Counted from the first letter of the stretch, positions 1-11,018 are shown. The stretch: DNA of 32,000 nt from Paramicrosporidium saccamoebae KSL3 (GCA_002794465.1 MTSL01000134.1:45495-77494), one strand, 5' to 3'. Notes: generated by a model from the letters alone, not told the origin. Numbers and translations are program-made.

Positions 1-61
1 TTTCCTCCCGGAAGAAGAGACTCCGTAGCCACTCAACGAATGACCATAGCCAGCTAAACAT
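1..61 (-). CDS. ARL8: ARF-like small GTPase ARL8, N-terminal 20 codons (gene continues off the left edge)
   Basis: Not in the ORF track. The reverse strand from ATG at 61 reads MFSWLWSFVEWLRSLFFREE, and base 1 supplies the A of the next codon. This matches the ARL8 amphipathic N-terminal helix (human [21 protein letters not shown]). Only 20 aa are visible. Confidence 0.75.
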   Translation of the reverse strand, partial: MFSWLWSFVEWLRSLFFREE

Positions 62-465
62 CCTGTTGCCTATGAGAAAGAGTGTCGCTCTTTTGCTTGT
101 TTGACAACGGCTGCTGAAACAGGGGACCGCCTATGCGCTTTCTCAGCAAATCCCAGCGCGATATGCGAGCCGTTCACCAATCAGATTTTGCCTCCTATTC
201 ATTTTGCACCAATTAGCGCCATTGTATACTAACAAACCTGTGGTCCATCTTCATTCGTTCATCTGTATTCTATACAATTGTGTAGATATTATATCGATTA
301 TGGCGTTTGGGTAGATTACAACGAGTGCTTGCTGAGTGTGGGCGACTGATGAACCAGCTATACAGAATCTTAGGGGAGATTCGGCTAATGCTGGTTGGGC
401 AGCACCCTTTATCGATTACAGAAGCAATGGCCCGGATACATAACGGAACCTTTTTGCACCTGTCC

Positions 466-2515
466 TCACTGTACCACGCTGAGCGAGTAGCTCCCACTGC
501 CGGAACATACCAAGAGTCCCTCTCGCACTTTTCCATTGAGGAAGGCTGCTAGCGAGTCGGATGTGCATCGGTAGTCTGATGCAAACATGCCCAGCATTGC
601 GTGGATGCGATCCAGCTTTAATTCACCGATATTAGTCATCATCGCAGTAATGTAGCTCCAGTATTTTTCCATCTCGTCGTCCTGTTTGGGAAGAGCCGGC
701 ACCCGATCCTCCGCGCTGTACCCGATCGCAATGAGTGCATCACAGTAGTCTAAAAATCAAAGGAAATCATCCTGGTTCCATACCAGGTAAAGACGCATCA
801 AACGTCTCACATAGGCTGATTGTGCCATCGGTCATATGTACAACCCTTTTTCTGATCCAAAACTCGACAGATGAACGGCCCATCTCGGCAGAGAATTGGT
901 TTTCAAGTTTGTCAAAGAGTCTCTGTACCTCCCAAGGCCCATCGCTAATCAGCATAAGCACACAGGCCTGTGCATCAGAGCAGGTGAATGAGACGGATCC
1001 AGTTTCAAATTCAATCTCTAATGAAACGCGGGAAAGATCAGGCTTCCACCTCAGCTCCCTGGATTGATGCGTCTTGCTGTAATTGGTGGCAATGCTTTTT
1101 AAAAGATTTTCGTCCAGGTAGGCACTAGTAGCACCGGCTGGCTCAGAAAGTGGCCAGTATAGATGCGACAAGATGAGCACATTGGTCCCAAGTTTTGATT
1201 GCTTCATGCTAGTTTCATAATCTCGGAGCATGACCTCACAGGGCGCCCAATTCCCAGACGGCAACTTCGCCTTGCAAATCTCCAGCTCGGACGTCTATCG
1301 GTTAGCTTAGCCTCGTAAGATATATACCAGTATCAGCATGTTGGCTTTTCCCGATAGGAGATGCTCCGCCAAATGGCTCTGATATTCGCCCACCAGTTCT
1401 GTGGGGCCATCAAAAACATTGCACAGAACATCAAAGACTGTTCCAAGCTTAGAGCTGATTCGCACTGGCTCTAATCTTTTAATATGGACAGCGATGGTTA
1501 CGATCATATGCATCAGGTGGATCTGGTACCCAATTTGTCGGCAACTCTTCAAATACTGCACCCTCAGTGCCGTCAAATGCAATCTTGTTCAGATTCATCA
1601 GCGTGTCTTGATAATCTGGGTCGCTGTATAGGTCGAGAAGGACCTGCAAAACGGCACGAGATCCGTCCGTTCGCTTCCTGAAATTTAGTACAAAATAAAT
1701 GTCGCTACTTGAGATATGCTTTAACCTTTAAAGCAACGTGGTCGAGGATAAACCCAGTGGGATCCAGTCGCTTCAATGGCGCAACAGAGAGCGCCAACTG
1801 TCCAGCAATGTCCCCTGCCTCCACTCCGGCATGCAACAGACGAGAATCAAATCTATTGCAATTAGTTGTCAGCAGGTGTGTACGACGTTAGCACGGCCAC
1901 TAGCGTAATATCAAGATGGCTACCACATTGCCGATGTAGTTGTAGTATTTCAAGTTCGCTATTGGGATAATCAATAATGTAATCAAATATCCTTCCCGCA
2001 TTCTTTGCAATCTTTTGCTTGTGGCAGTAGTGCTTGGCCTGTTCTATCCAGCGAGCTTTTAAATAATCTGGAAGCCCAAATGCTCCAAAGGGACTTTCAC
2101 CACTCCAGAGCTGAGACTCTGCCAATGCTGGATCCTCATTTGAGAGCAGATTATGTTCCATCATCACAGATTTGTAAAATACCGGAATAGCCTCACTCTC
2201 AAAATGCAGGAGCAATTTCAAATCATATGCTGCCTCATAAAACTCTTTCTCGTCCCCTACACAGGCATCTGCTCCCTTGTAGAGCTGCTCGATGGCGCGA
2301 CAATACTCGCTGTAGAAAGAGTCTAGTATGGTGCGCATCATCTTGGAATGGATTGGTAGCAGCTGCTGGACTGAAAATAGAGTATCAGGCAGGGCGCCTG
2401 TTACATCCTTCCAATAGCTGTTCATTCGTTTGACATAGATAGCCAGAGTTTCCCCATTCTCCGCTGCAAAATCGCAATATGCCGCGAGTGACGACAAATC
2501 CTCCCCGCCAATCAT
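466..2515 (-). CDS. APC2: Anaphase-promoting complex subunit 2 (cullin-like), about 629 aa, 6 exons
   Basis: Exons (minus) 2515-1884, 1852-1709, 1677-1502, 1470-1328, 1294-784 and 749-466 join in frame across introns of 31, 31, 31, 33 and 34 nt. APC2 motifs: IFDYIIDYPNS, SRLLHAG, LKRLDPTG, WVPDPPDA, EYQSHLAEHLL, CEVMLRD, ILSHLYWP and the C-terminal winged helix YWSYITAMMTNIGELKLDRIHAML. The ATG at 2515 is chosen because the upstream ATG at 2611 would overlap the UPRT CDS. Confidence 0.9.
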
Positions 2516-2575
2516 GACCCTTGGAGCGCCAAATATTAATAAAACCGAATCGTCGCAATGACCCCGTCGATAAGC

Positions 2576-3291
2576 ATGTCTTGGCAACAGAATATTCACG
2601 TTACGGATCATCCGCTTGTCCGCGCCAAGCTTTCCATTATCCGGGACAAGAAGACGGACTGCAAAGTGTTCCGGGAGCTGGTCTATGAGATTGGCTTGTA
2701 CGTAGGATTCCAGGCCACTGCTCGTCTAACTACGAGTGTGGAAAAGAATGTATTGTGGTGGGTCGAGTTGCATAACTTTTGTGTAGCCATCTGGGCATTT
2801 TGGAACATTTGCAGCGCATAGACTGGCACAAAAAGTTGCTTTTGTGCCCGTGATGCGCGGAGGCATTGGCCTGGTACAATGTAAACGGGTTTATTTAAGA
2901 TGTCCATGTTTTAGCAATGTTGGAGCTCATCCCCACCGCACCTGTCCTCCATATCGGCATATTCCGCGAAAAGACCACTCTGCAGCCGGTAGAATACTAC
3001 AACAAATTGCCACAGAGCAATTCGTTTGATATTTGTTATGTGCTTGATCCAATGATTGCCACGGGCGGGACGGCATTGGCAACTATTGAAATGCTCAAGG
3101 ATTTTGGTGTTCCCAAGATTATTCTCCTTACAATCTGTGCTTCAGAGCCTGGCTCCAAGATGATCCTGGAGCGTCATCCCGATGTGGAAATTTACACTGC
3201 GGCCCTCGATCCCGAACTTAATGCCGAGGGATACATTGTGCCAGGTCTGGGTGATGCCGGCGATCGTCTCTATAACACTATTAATAATTAA
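2576..3291 (+). CDS. upp: Uracil phosphoribosyltransferase, bacterial Upp-type, 214 aa, 3 exons
   Basis: Exons 2576-2749, 2787-2880 and 2915-3291 (introns 37 and 34 nt). Motifs: HPLVRAKLSIIRD, FRELVYE, VPVMRGG, PRPP-binding VLDPMIATGGT and C-terminal GYIVPGLGDAGDRLY. Confidence 0.95.
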
Positions 3292-3604
3292 ATGTTAATT
3301 TTTAGTACCGTCTAAAAGGATGAGTAGCTAATAAACATGTCTTGCGATGTAGGTGGTCGTCTCTGACACAAGGGAATAGACTAACTGGGTATTTGGAGCT
3401 GGTGAGATCTATAGCCTGGCAACTTTAGGGTTAACGGAGAGCAAGTTCTTTTTCCACCTTTTCTCATCTCCTCCCACCCGACTTGGTCCATGACATCTTC
3501 CCCGCTACGCGGCAGTCTACATAACACTCTAACTGTTGGTTTTTGGCATCATTCAAAAAACCCGAGTGGCTAATAAACACGCCCTACGATGATTGGCCAG
3601 TCAC

Positions 3605-6600
3605 ATGCAAAGGCCAGGCGAGGGAAAAACATCTCCCTCAGCCGACGTTCCTCTCAGTACGCCGCCCGAAAACCCCACACCCGCAGCATCAGAGGCTGTG
3701 GATGAACGGACTATCATGATAGAAGAGAATTTGACGGACTTGGAGGATGCAGAAACGCCCGCAGATGACCCGTTTCTGTTCCGCCAAATGGGCAGCAAGG
3801 TGAAGGCAAAGTTTAAAAAGTTTAGAACGACAATTCTGTCGCCAAAGACGACGGAAACTGCGCCGGAAGAGCTGCCGGTGGTGCGGTTTGTAGATTCCGA
3901 TACGGCTCTGTGGAGCGCATTTAGAGTGCCAATGTACCGACTGGCGCGGGACGACGAGGATAGGAAGGGCGTCCCTATAGTCCTAGCACTTATCAAGGTA
4001 TCCTAATTACATGTACTGACCTATAGGTGCGGATCCACTGTTCGTTTGAGAACGTTCCCAGCAAGAGGTACACTCCAAACATGCTCTATCAAATTGATTT
4101 GCGGTACGGCGAGCTAAGGTGGACAATCTACCGTCGTGTGTATGACTTTTTCCGTCTACACTCAGTGTTCATGTTCCGTCATCTCCAGGGACATGTGTCC
4201 AGTGCCATCCCCGCCTTTCCTAGTCAGCTATCATATATTGTGGACGCGTCGGCCATCAAGGCAATGATCAGGGAACAGCCCGCAGAGACGTGGACAAATG
4301 CCGCCAGGGAAAGAGGAGAGGCTCTGGAGACTTATTTAGCCAATCTGCTTGCTTCGCTGAGTTTACAGGTCCACACAACGGAGCTCTTGGAATTCCTAGA
4401 ACTCAGCATGCTCACCTTGACCCTGATCAGCAGAGATGAGAACCGGAAGCTTAAGGAAGGCTACCTGAAGAACCGAATATTTGATACAAAGAGGGCCCCG
4501 AGTTGGTGGTCTTGTTTTGAGGCCTGCATACCTAAACGGAGGAAATACCGAACAAAATGGTTTGTTGTTCGGAGCAGTTACATTGCCTTTGTAGACTCTG
4601 TTGATCAGGCGATGCCCACCGATGTGCTACTCTGTGACAAGAACTTTCACATTATTGTGGAGAATGAAAACACTCATCACGTTCTCAGGCCTCTTACCGT
4701 GACCATTGTCAACTCGGCCAAGAAGCTTCAAGTGCGTCCAGAGAGTAACTCACAGATGAACTTTTGGCTCGAGGCATTCCACCGACTCTCGCTTGAATGT
4801 GTATGGTGTCATCCGCATCGGTTTGGATCATTCGCGCCAGTGAGGAGTAATTGTCGGATGGATTGGCTGATAGACGCCGAGCAATACTACACGGAATTGG
4901 TGAGGGCAATCCAGAGTGCCAAGGAAGAAATCTATCTTCATGGATGGTGGGTTTCTCCCGAACTGTACTTGATTAGGCCAGCTTCGGCACATCCGCACAT
5001 GCGCCTTGATCGTTTGCTGCAGAGAAAGGCGAGGGAGGGTGTCAAGATTTATATAATTGTATTCAAGGAATTCTCCATGGCCCTGTCGCTTAATAGCTAT
5101 CACACAAAGTCATCCTTGGAGAAGCTACATCCAAACATTAGAGTTCAACGACATCCTGACCACCTGGGCGGCATTTTGTATTGGGCGCATCATGAAAAAA
5201 TTGCCATTATTGATCAACGGATAGCATTTTCAGGCGGTCTTGATCTCTGCTTTGGACGATATGATGCCCAGGCGCATTCCTTGACCGACTATCATCCAGC
5301 TGACCCGGGACGACAGATCTGGTCGGGACTCGACTATTCCAATCCACGAATCCGTGACTTTCGAAACGTCACCCGCCATGCTACCGCCCTGGTGGATAGG
5401 AAAAAGATTCCCCGAATGCCTTGGCACGATGTCCAGGCCGTGGTGTATGGTGCGCCTGCCAGGGATATTGCTCGCCACTTTATTGAGCGATGGAATTTTG
5501 TCAAGCAGCAAAAGGCAATGCACAAGGAACTTCATATTCCATTTTTGTTACCAAAAGCCGATTTTTTGCCAGAGGAATCGGAACGACAGGGCTTGGCCGG
5601 GACTACAAAAGTGCAGGTTCTGAGATCAGTGTCAGAATGGTCCATGGGCACGGCCCCTGAGAATGGCATCTATGATGCCTACATGCATCAGATTGAAAAT
5701 GCACGCCATTTCATCTACATTGAGAATCAGTTTTTTGTCTCTCGTAGTTCTGAACTGCAAACTGCCCCCATCAAGAACCGAATTGCTCAGGCATTGGTGG
5801 AGAGGATTATCCGAGCACACGCAGAGAACGAGCCGTTCAGAGTGATTGTCTTTCTGCCCCTTCTTCCAGCATTTGAAGCCGAGGTCAACCGGGCAGAAGC
5901 GTCGGTGTTGAGGATTGTTATGCAAGGACAGTACAGCGGAATTAGCCGTGGACCGTACTCTATTATGGGCCAACTTGCATCCCATGGGATCAAGGCTGAT
6001 CAATACATTTCCTTTTACTCTCTCCGAAAGTACGAATATCTTGAAGGAGAGGCCGTCACTGAACAGCTCTATATCCATACCAAACTGCTCATTGTCGATG
6101 ATCAAGTGGCCATCATGGGATCTTGCAACATTAACGACCGGAGCATGTTGGGCTCCCGTGATTCTGAGGTGTGCATTATGGTTGAAGACGAGTGCCAAGT
6201 GGAGGCTACCCTCAATGGAAAGTCTGTGACGGTGAGCAAAAAGGTGAGGGAGTTGAGGATTCGCTTGTTCCAGGAACATCTTGGATTGCTACATCTTCAC
6301 ACCACCGATGCACGGGTCCGAGCATTGGAGGATCCAACCTCTGAGCACGTCTTTGTCGAGGTTCTCAGGCAACAGGCTTCCAGAAACACGCAGATCTACC
6401 GCGAGCTCTTCCATTGTGTCCCTGACGATTGTGTCGACACATGGGAAGAGTATCGTCGGTTTACCGAGACACCGAGGACACACGTGTTCAATGACGAGCT
6501 TGGGATCAATTCGCTGGAAATGTTAACTGCCATCCAAGGGAATATTGTATTGTTTCCGATGCAGTTTCTGAAAAATGAAGATTTGGCCGCGTCTGTGCTA

Positions 6601-6639
6601 ACACCAGAGTTTCTCTTGCCCATTGAAGTTTATATGTAA
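3605..6639 (+). CDS. PLD1: Phospholipase D, PLD1/Spo14 class (PX-PH-HKD1-HKD2), about 1001 aa, 2 exons
   Basis: Exons 3605-3997 and 4027-6639 (29-nt intron gtatcc...tatag). PX signature WTIYRRVYDFFRLH and a PH region (KWFVVRSSYIAF). Two HxKxxxxD motifs: HHEKIAIID and HTKLLIVDD...GSCNINDRS. Also MPWHDV and YIENQFF. The start ATG is uncertain (first in-frame ATG used). Confidence 0.95.
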
Positions 6640-6746
6640 AAAGAGTTTCTTTATTTTAGAGTATTTCTGCAGACGTTCTACAACAGCACGATAGATATAT
6701 CTTGTACACTGAAGAAATAGAAGAACCATGGTATCTATTGATTGAA

Positions 6747-8795
6747 TTACAGTTTTAGTGATGCCATCATTTGTGCACACAAGTTTTTGTAGTGGGCCAG
6801 ATCGCCCTGTATCCTCTTCAGCTGGATCCCGTGCAGTCCGATGAAAGCCAACTTGACAATATGAATTTCAAAAATCACGCGTCCGAGATGAATCTGCTCC
6901 ATCGAGTTAAGATGCGCCGCCTTATTTATGACACTGGGCCGGTGTTCGCAGATAAAGTAAGAGCGTCGATCCTCGTAGCGGATATTGTGAAGCATTAAAT
7001 ATTGCTGGATTTCATTGCGGATCGCCATCGGAGGACGGCTAGAAGTAGTATTGATGGAAAAGAATCCCTTGAGGTAAACCGTCTTGATGCCGAGAAAATC
7101 AGTGCCAGGTCGAGAGCTGCTGGGCTCGCTTAGAGACAGGGTGCGTCTGGGAGCTATCTTTTCCTTGCTCCGACGACCTGTGCTCAGGAGGGAGAACCGA
7201 CGGGAAAGAAAACTTCCCGACTTGGATCCACACTCGATAGTGTCATCCTTGATGACTGGAATATCTTGAGCAGCACTCGATTCTGGTGCCGAAGACTTTC
7301 TCGTTCGGCTCTTGCCTCGGATATAAGCCTCTGAAGGCGCCTCCAGGGGCGAGCTAGAACCAGCCATGTCTGGGATATAGCTCAGACTCCTCGATCGTTC
7401 CTTTGAATCGAGCTGGATCGGTGCCAGCTTCAGGCCATCGCCGTCTTTGAACAACTTGTCGCGGGCGAGAAAGTACAGCGAAACAACTGGATGATTAAAT
7501 GCTGCAGCCCAGTCCGCAGAAGCATTCTCCAGAACTGCATGAATCTCTTCGGGCGAGTATTGCATATCAAATTCCTTCTCTAGAAAGCGCACTATCCGGT
7601 CATCGACATTGTCGATGGGAAACCTTTCGGGAGAGAGATAGGCTGGCACTTCTCCATACGTTTCGTTGACCCAAGAGTGGAAAATGACATCATCCATTGT
7701 GGCCCGCTGTCCAGAATCCCTGCATATCATCCTCGCCAGTAATTCTTTGCATCCGGGACTCAGATAGTCTGGAATGCTATATCGACAAGACTTGATTTTC
7801 TCATGCAGGGCCGCAATGTTCTTGTCTTCAAATGGTACCCTGCCCGTGACCAAGGTGAAGAGGATGACACCAAGACTCCAAACATCCACTTCGGGACCCG
7901 TGTATAAACGTCCGCAGAGCAGTTCGGGGGCTGCGAAATAGACGGAACCACAGAATGTCTTTAAACATTCATCCGGATTGTAGAAATTTGATAAGCCAAA
8001 ATCCAATAGTTTGCAGTGCCCACTCTTCTCATCCACCATGATATTCTCAATCTTTAAATCTCGATGGACAATGGAATTCCGATGGCAATAATCGACTGCT
8101 GATAGAATCTGTCGAAAGAACGCTCGGGCTCTGGCCTCTTTTAGTTTGCCGTGCATTATAATATAATCCAATAGCTGGACGCCTTCCACAAATTCAAAGA
8201 ACAGGCAAAAGTAGTCAGTTGTTATCAAAAAGTCGCGCAGATTCACAATGTGCTGGTGTTCAATCAAGTTGAGCATGGCGGCTTCCCTAAAGATCCTCCT
8301 CTCCCGCGATTGTCTCGTCTCTTTACTATTCTTCTTGCTGGGATCCAGATTATTCCTTGGTACCACCTTTACCGCCAGCTTCTCATGTGTCTGTCGATTT
8401 ATGGCCAAGTATACCTTACCCGTACTGCCACTGCCAAGGGTCTTTACCAAGTCATAATCGCCGATTCTTCGTATTGACAGTGAAGGACGCGCAGGCTCTT
8501 TTCCGGCAAATACATGATGCTTCCCTTTTCGCTTCTCTGGCTCCTCCAGTTCTTGGCCAAATATTAGACCCATTGGTTCCATTCCGTATCGACTTTGCAA
8601 CCCGGAGGCGTTTGATGAATTCTTTTCAGAAGAGTTGGGTTCCACACTCCGCGCTCCATCATCGTGGCCCGGCCTAAGCTCGCATTTCTGATTATCACTA
8701 TTCTGCACCGGGGACTGGCTAACACAGGAGGCAAACTCTGTGGATGTGCCACCGCTATTTTGTCCTGTCGACAGCGCCCTATGCACTTCATTCAT
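6747..8795 (-). CDS. KIN1: Kin1/Kin2 (MARK/PAR-1 family) Ser/Thr kinase with C-terminal KA1 domain, about 682 aa
   Basis: Kinase motifs GSGSTGKV, AVK, HRDLKIEN, DFGLSN, TFCGSVYFAAPE and DVWSLGV. The C-terminus GFFSINTTSS...FEIHIVKLAFIGLHGIQLKRIQGD..YKNLC..MMASLKL is a fungal Kin1-type KA1 domain. The first true ATG is at 8795 and no intron is needed. Confidence 0.92.
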   Translation of the reverse strand: MNEVHRALSTGQNSGGTSTEFASCVSQSPVQNSDNQKCELRPGHDDGARSVEPNSSEKNSSNASGLQSRYGMEPMGLIFGQELEEPEKRKGKHHVFAGKEPARPSLSIRRIGDYDLVKTLGSGSTGKVYLAINRQTHEKLAVKVVPRNNLDPSKKNSKETRQSRERRIFREAAMLNLIEHQHIVNLRDFLITTDYFCLFFEFVEGVQLLDYIIMHGKLKEARARAFFRQILSAVDYCHRNSIVHRDLKIENIMVDEKSGHCKLLDFGLSNFYNPDECLKTFCGSVYFAAPELLCGRLYTGPEVDVWSLGVILFTLVTGRVPFEDKNIAALHEKIKSCRYSIPDYLSPGCKELLARMICRDSGQRATMDDVIFHSWVNETYGEVPAYLSPERFPIDNVDDRIVRFLEKEFDMQYSPEEIHAVLENASADWAAAFNHPVVSLYFLARDKLFKDGDGLKLAPIQLDSKERSRSLSYIPDMAGSSSPLEAPSEAYIRGKSRTRKSSAPESSAAQDIPVIKDDTIECGSKSGSFLSRRFSLLSTGRRSKEKIAPRRTLSLSEPSSSRPGTDFLGIKTVYLKGFFSINTTSSRPPMAIRNEIQQYLMLHNIRYEDRRSYFICEHRPSVINKAAHLNSMEQIHLGRVIFEIHIVKLAFIGLHGIQLKRIQGDLAHYKNLCAQMMASLKL

Positions 8796-9695
8796 GAGGA
8801 TACACCGCGGCACCCGAGCTTGTCAAGGAAACTTCCTACTGTTTGGGCGAGCCAGCGATCTGATTGGTGCAGGGTCTGACCGAGTATGGCAACGATTGGT
8901 TACAAGTACGGAACATGTCGGGGAATCGTGTTACAGAGCATGTTATTTGTTTGTCGAATAATTTGCAAACAAATAGGACCAGCACAATGATTAAACAGCA
9001 TTTTTTGCGAGGTTGGATGCATTTTTATTAGGATCCCTGGTCTGCACCTATACCATTATTGCGTGATAGTGTTGCCGCAGGGGGGATTATATCATGCACT
9101 TTGCCAGATAGGGGGGAAACTCGTTTATTATCAATCCAAATACTCATCCATAATCCTATTAGCACACACAAATAGGTTGGACTAACGCGATAGTTTTTAC
9201 TGCGCACCTCTGCCCTCCCTCTCTACCATCGGCTCATTCTTAATAAAAAACCTGCCGATCAGCCTACCACCTCGCACTAATAGTTATGCCACGTATTTTT
9301 CAGGGCGGATGAGAGCTCGCTGATCAGACTGCGTTGAAAGAAGGAAAAGTAGTGTTAGTAAAGCATGTGGCATTTTTATAGGCCGCCATCCTTAACAAGA
9401 TTGGAAGGGATCGTGGGATCGTTATCAGTCTTACCAGACAAGCAGATACTGTTTAACAGGCTCTTTTATTCCCTACTGGCAAGCCCCTTACAGATTCCCC
9501 GGTACGATCTGATTATTGCCTAAACAGGGGAGAAGGGGATCGCTTTAATCTTATTGGGCGTCTTCAACATTTCTTGCTCGAATCAATCGATTCCCGACAA
9601 GAACTGACCAATCATTCTGTTACTTTTTAATAAAAGTAGTAAAGTCCAGGCGCCTCCTCTGCTACGCGGCAACTGAATCAAACCTTGCGTTGAGC

Positions 9696-11018
9696 ATGAA
9701 TATATTACTGACTGCGCTATGCCTTTGTTCGTCATTCGAGTCCATATCGGGTTCAGGCAACTGGGATGAAGAGTCGCCGCTTGGGTATTTTCCCAAGGGT
9801 CGCACTCTCGGCGAATTTAAAGCTATCGTTCAGACAGCAGTTCATAAGGGCGACGAACGCTTCCTTGAAAGCCTCACCGACACGCTTACCATAACACCTG
9901 AAGAGCACGCCTGCTACTCTGCCATGCGCTACAAGTCGTATTGGTGCCCTGATCCTTATTTCGTCCCAGCCATAGACTGGAAGGAGCATACCCCTTCAAT
10001 TTTAATTGCCGACAATCCGGTAGTTCTTGAACTCTTGCCAGTTGAGCTGCAGGAAGCGGTACTTGACCCAACCGCATTGGCAGCATGTGACGCTGTCAAT
10101 CTTGCAAAGACTCTGAGCGATCCATACATCTTTATTGAGAATTCTGTCGATCTGATACAGTTGGGTTCTGTGCAAATTGCAAGGTTCTTATTAGAGTGGG
10201 GGTATGTTGGTCCGTTCCGCTTGTGTCCTGCATTTAAGGCTGGAAATGTTCCAGCACTCCAGCTTTTCATTGACAATGAGCTGTGGAAACCAGGTATGGA
10301 AGACCTTGACTATGCAATCACGCTGGGTGCACGGGCTATATTACCCTTCCTTTTAGAGAAGATAAATATGGTGCCCTCTGAAGACTCAGTATCTCGATTA
10401 GTACAATACGGCGAGACGACGGCCCTCCAATGCATATATTCATTGCAGCTTGGCTGGAAGTTGAGTGAAAAAAATGTCGATATTGCTTGCCAGATGGGAC
10501 ACTTGCACATTTTGGAATGGTGGGTCTCTGTCGATCCCAACATGCCCCGACCAAGCTCGAGAGCATTGATGGAAGCTCACATTTCCAACTATATGAATGT
10601 TATCGATTGGGTCGTGGGAAGATATCACGGAGGTCGCCAAGGGGCATGCCAACCTGAATGGATAGTGAGCCAGGCGGATCTCGATCATGTTAGCTGTATC
10701 GGGCGCGTAGACGTTTTGAAATGGTGGAAATCTGCCAACCCCAACATGCCTCAGCCAAGCTCGGGTGCGCTACAAAGAGCCTGTAGAGATGGACACTTTG
10801 AGATTCTTGAATGGGTCATAGAACAATATTACGGCGGCTGCAAAGAGTCGTTTCACCCCAACTGGGAGATAAGCCAGCAAGATGTCAATAATGCCTGCTT
10901 GAACAACCGTTTTGAGACTTTGAGATGGTACTATTCTGTTGATGCCACAATGCCATTGCCGAGCGGAAACGCATTGGGAAAGCTTTGGGATATTGCCGAA
11001 TTGCTTGATGGCGTCTAA
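9696..11018 (+). CDS. Putative secreted ankyrin-like helical-repeat protein, 440 aa
   Basis: Intronless ORF. Short hydrophobic N-terminus MNILLTALCLCSS is a possible signal peptide. The C-terminal half has repeated ACxxGHxxILEW-type degenerate ankyrin-like motifs in 68-aa double units. Confidence 0.75.
   Translation: MNILLTALCLCSSFESISGSGNWDEESPLGYFPKGRTLGEFKAIVQTAVHKGDERFLESLTDTLTITPEEHACYSAMRYKSYWCPDPYFVPAIDWKEHTPSILIADNPVVLELLPVELQEAVLDPTALAACDAVNLAKTLSDPYIFIENSVDLIQLGSVQIARFLLEWGYVGPFRLCPAFKAGNVPALQLFIDNELWKPGMEDLDYAITLGARAILPFLLEKINMVPSEDSVSRLVQYGETTALQCIYSLQLGWKLSEKNVDIACQMGHLHILEWWVSVDPNMPRPSSRALMEAHISNYMNVIDWVVGRYHGGRQGACQPEWIVSQADLDHVSCIGRVDVLKWWKSANPNMPQPSSGALQRACRDGHFEILEWVIEQYYGGCKESFHPNWEISQQDVNNACLNNRFETLRWYYSVDATMPLPSGNALGKLWDIAELLDGV
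10455..11018 (+). repeat. Intragenic tandem repeat, exact 204-bp (68-aa) period, about 2.75 copies
   Basis: Unit-initial Trp codons fall at 10455, 10659 and 10863. The Met of the MPxPS motif falls at 10542, 10746 and 10950. DNA similarity is still visible (cccaacatgccccgaccaagctcg vs cccaacatgcctcagccaagctcg). Confidence 0.9.

Noticed and set aside
62-465. Possible small gene between ARL8 and APC2, including track ORFs 270-536 (-) and 307-552 (+) and GTA..TAG-like 35-mers on the minus strand
   Set aside because: No splicing combination I tried gave a recognisable or reasonably long protein. Both ORFs overlap the APC2 3' end and lack a true ATG start.
5632-6279. 215-aa antisense ORF opposite PLD, and the many other 60-170 aa overlapping ORFs in the track
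   Set aside because: Expected by chance at about 50% GC. All overlap supported genes and show no family motifs.
3504-9671. Shared 11-mer GCTACGCGGCA upstream of PLD (3504) and of the ankyrin-like gene (9661)
   Set aside because: A couple of 11-mer matches are expected by chance among about 4.5 kb of intergenic DNA, and the two genes have no functional link (unlike PCNA/POL1).
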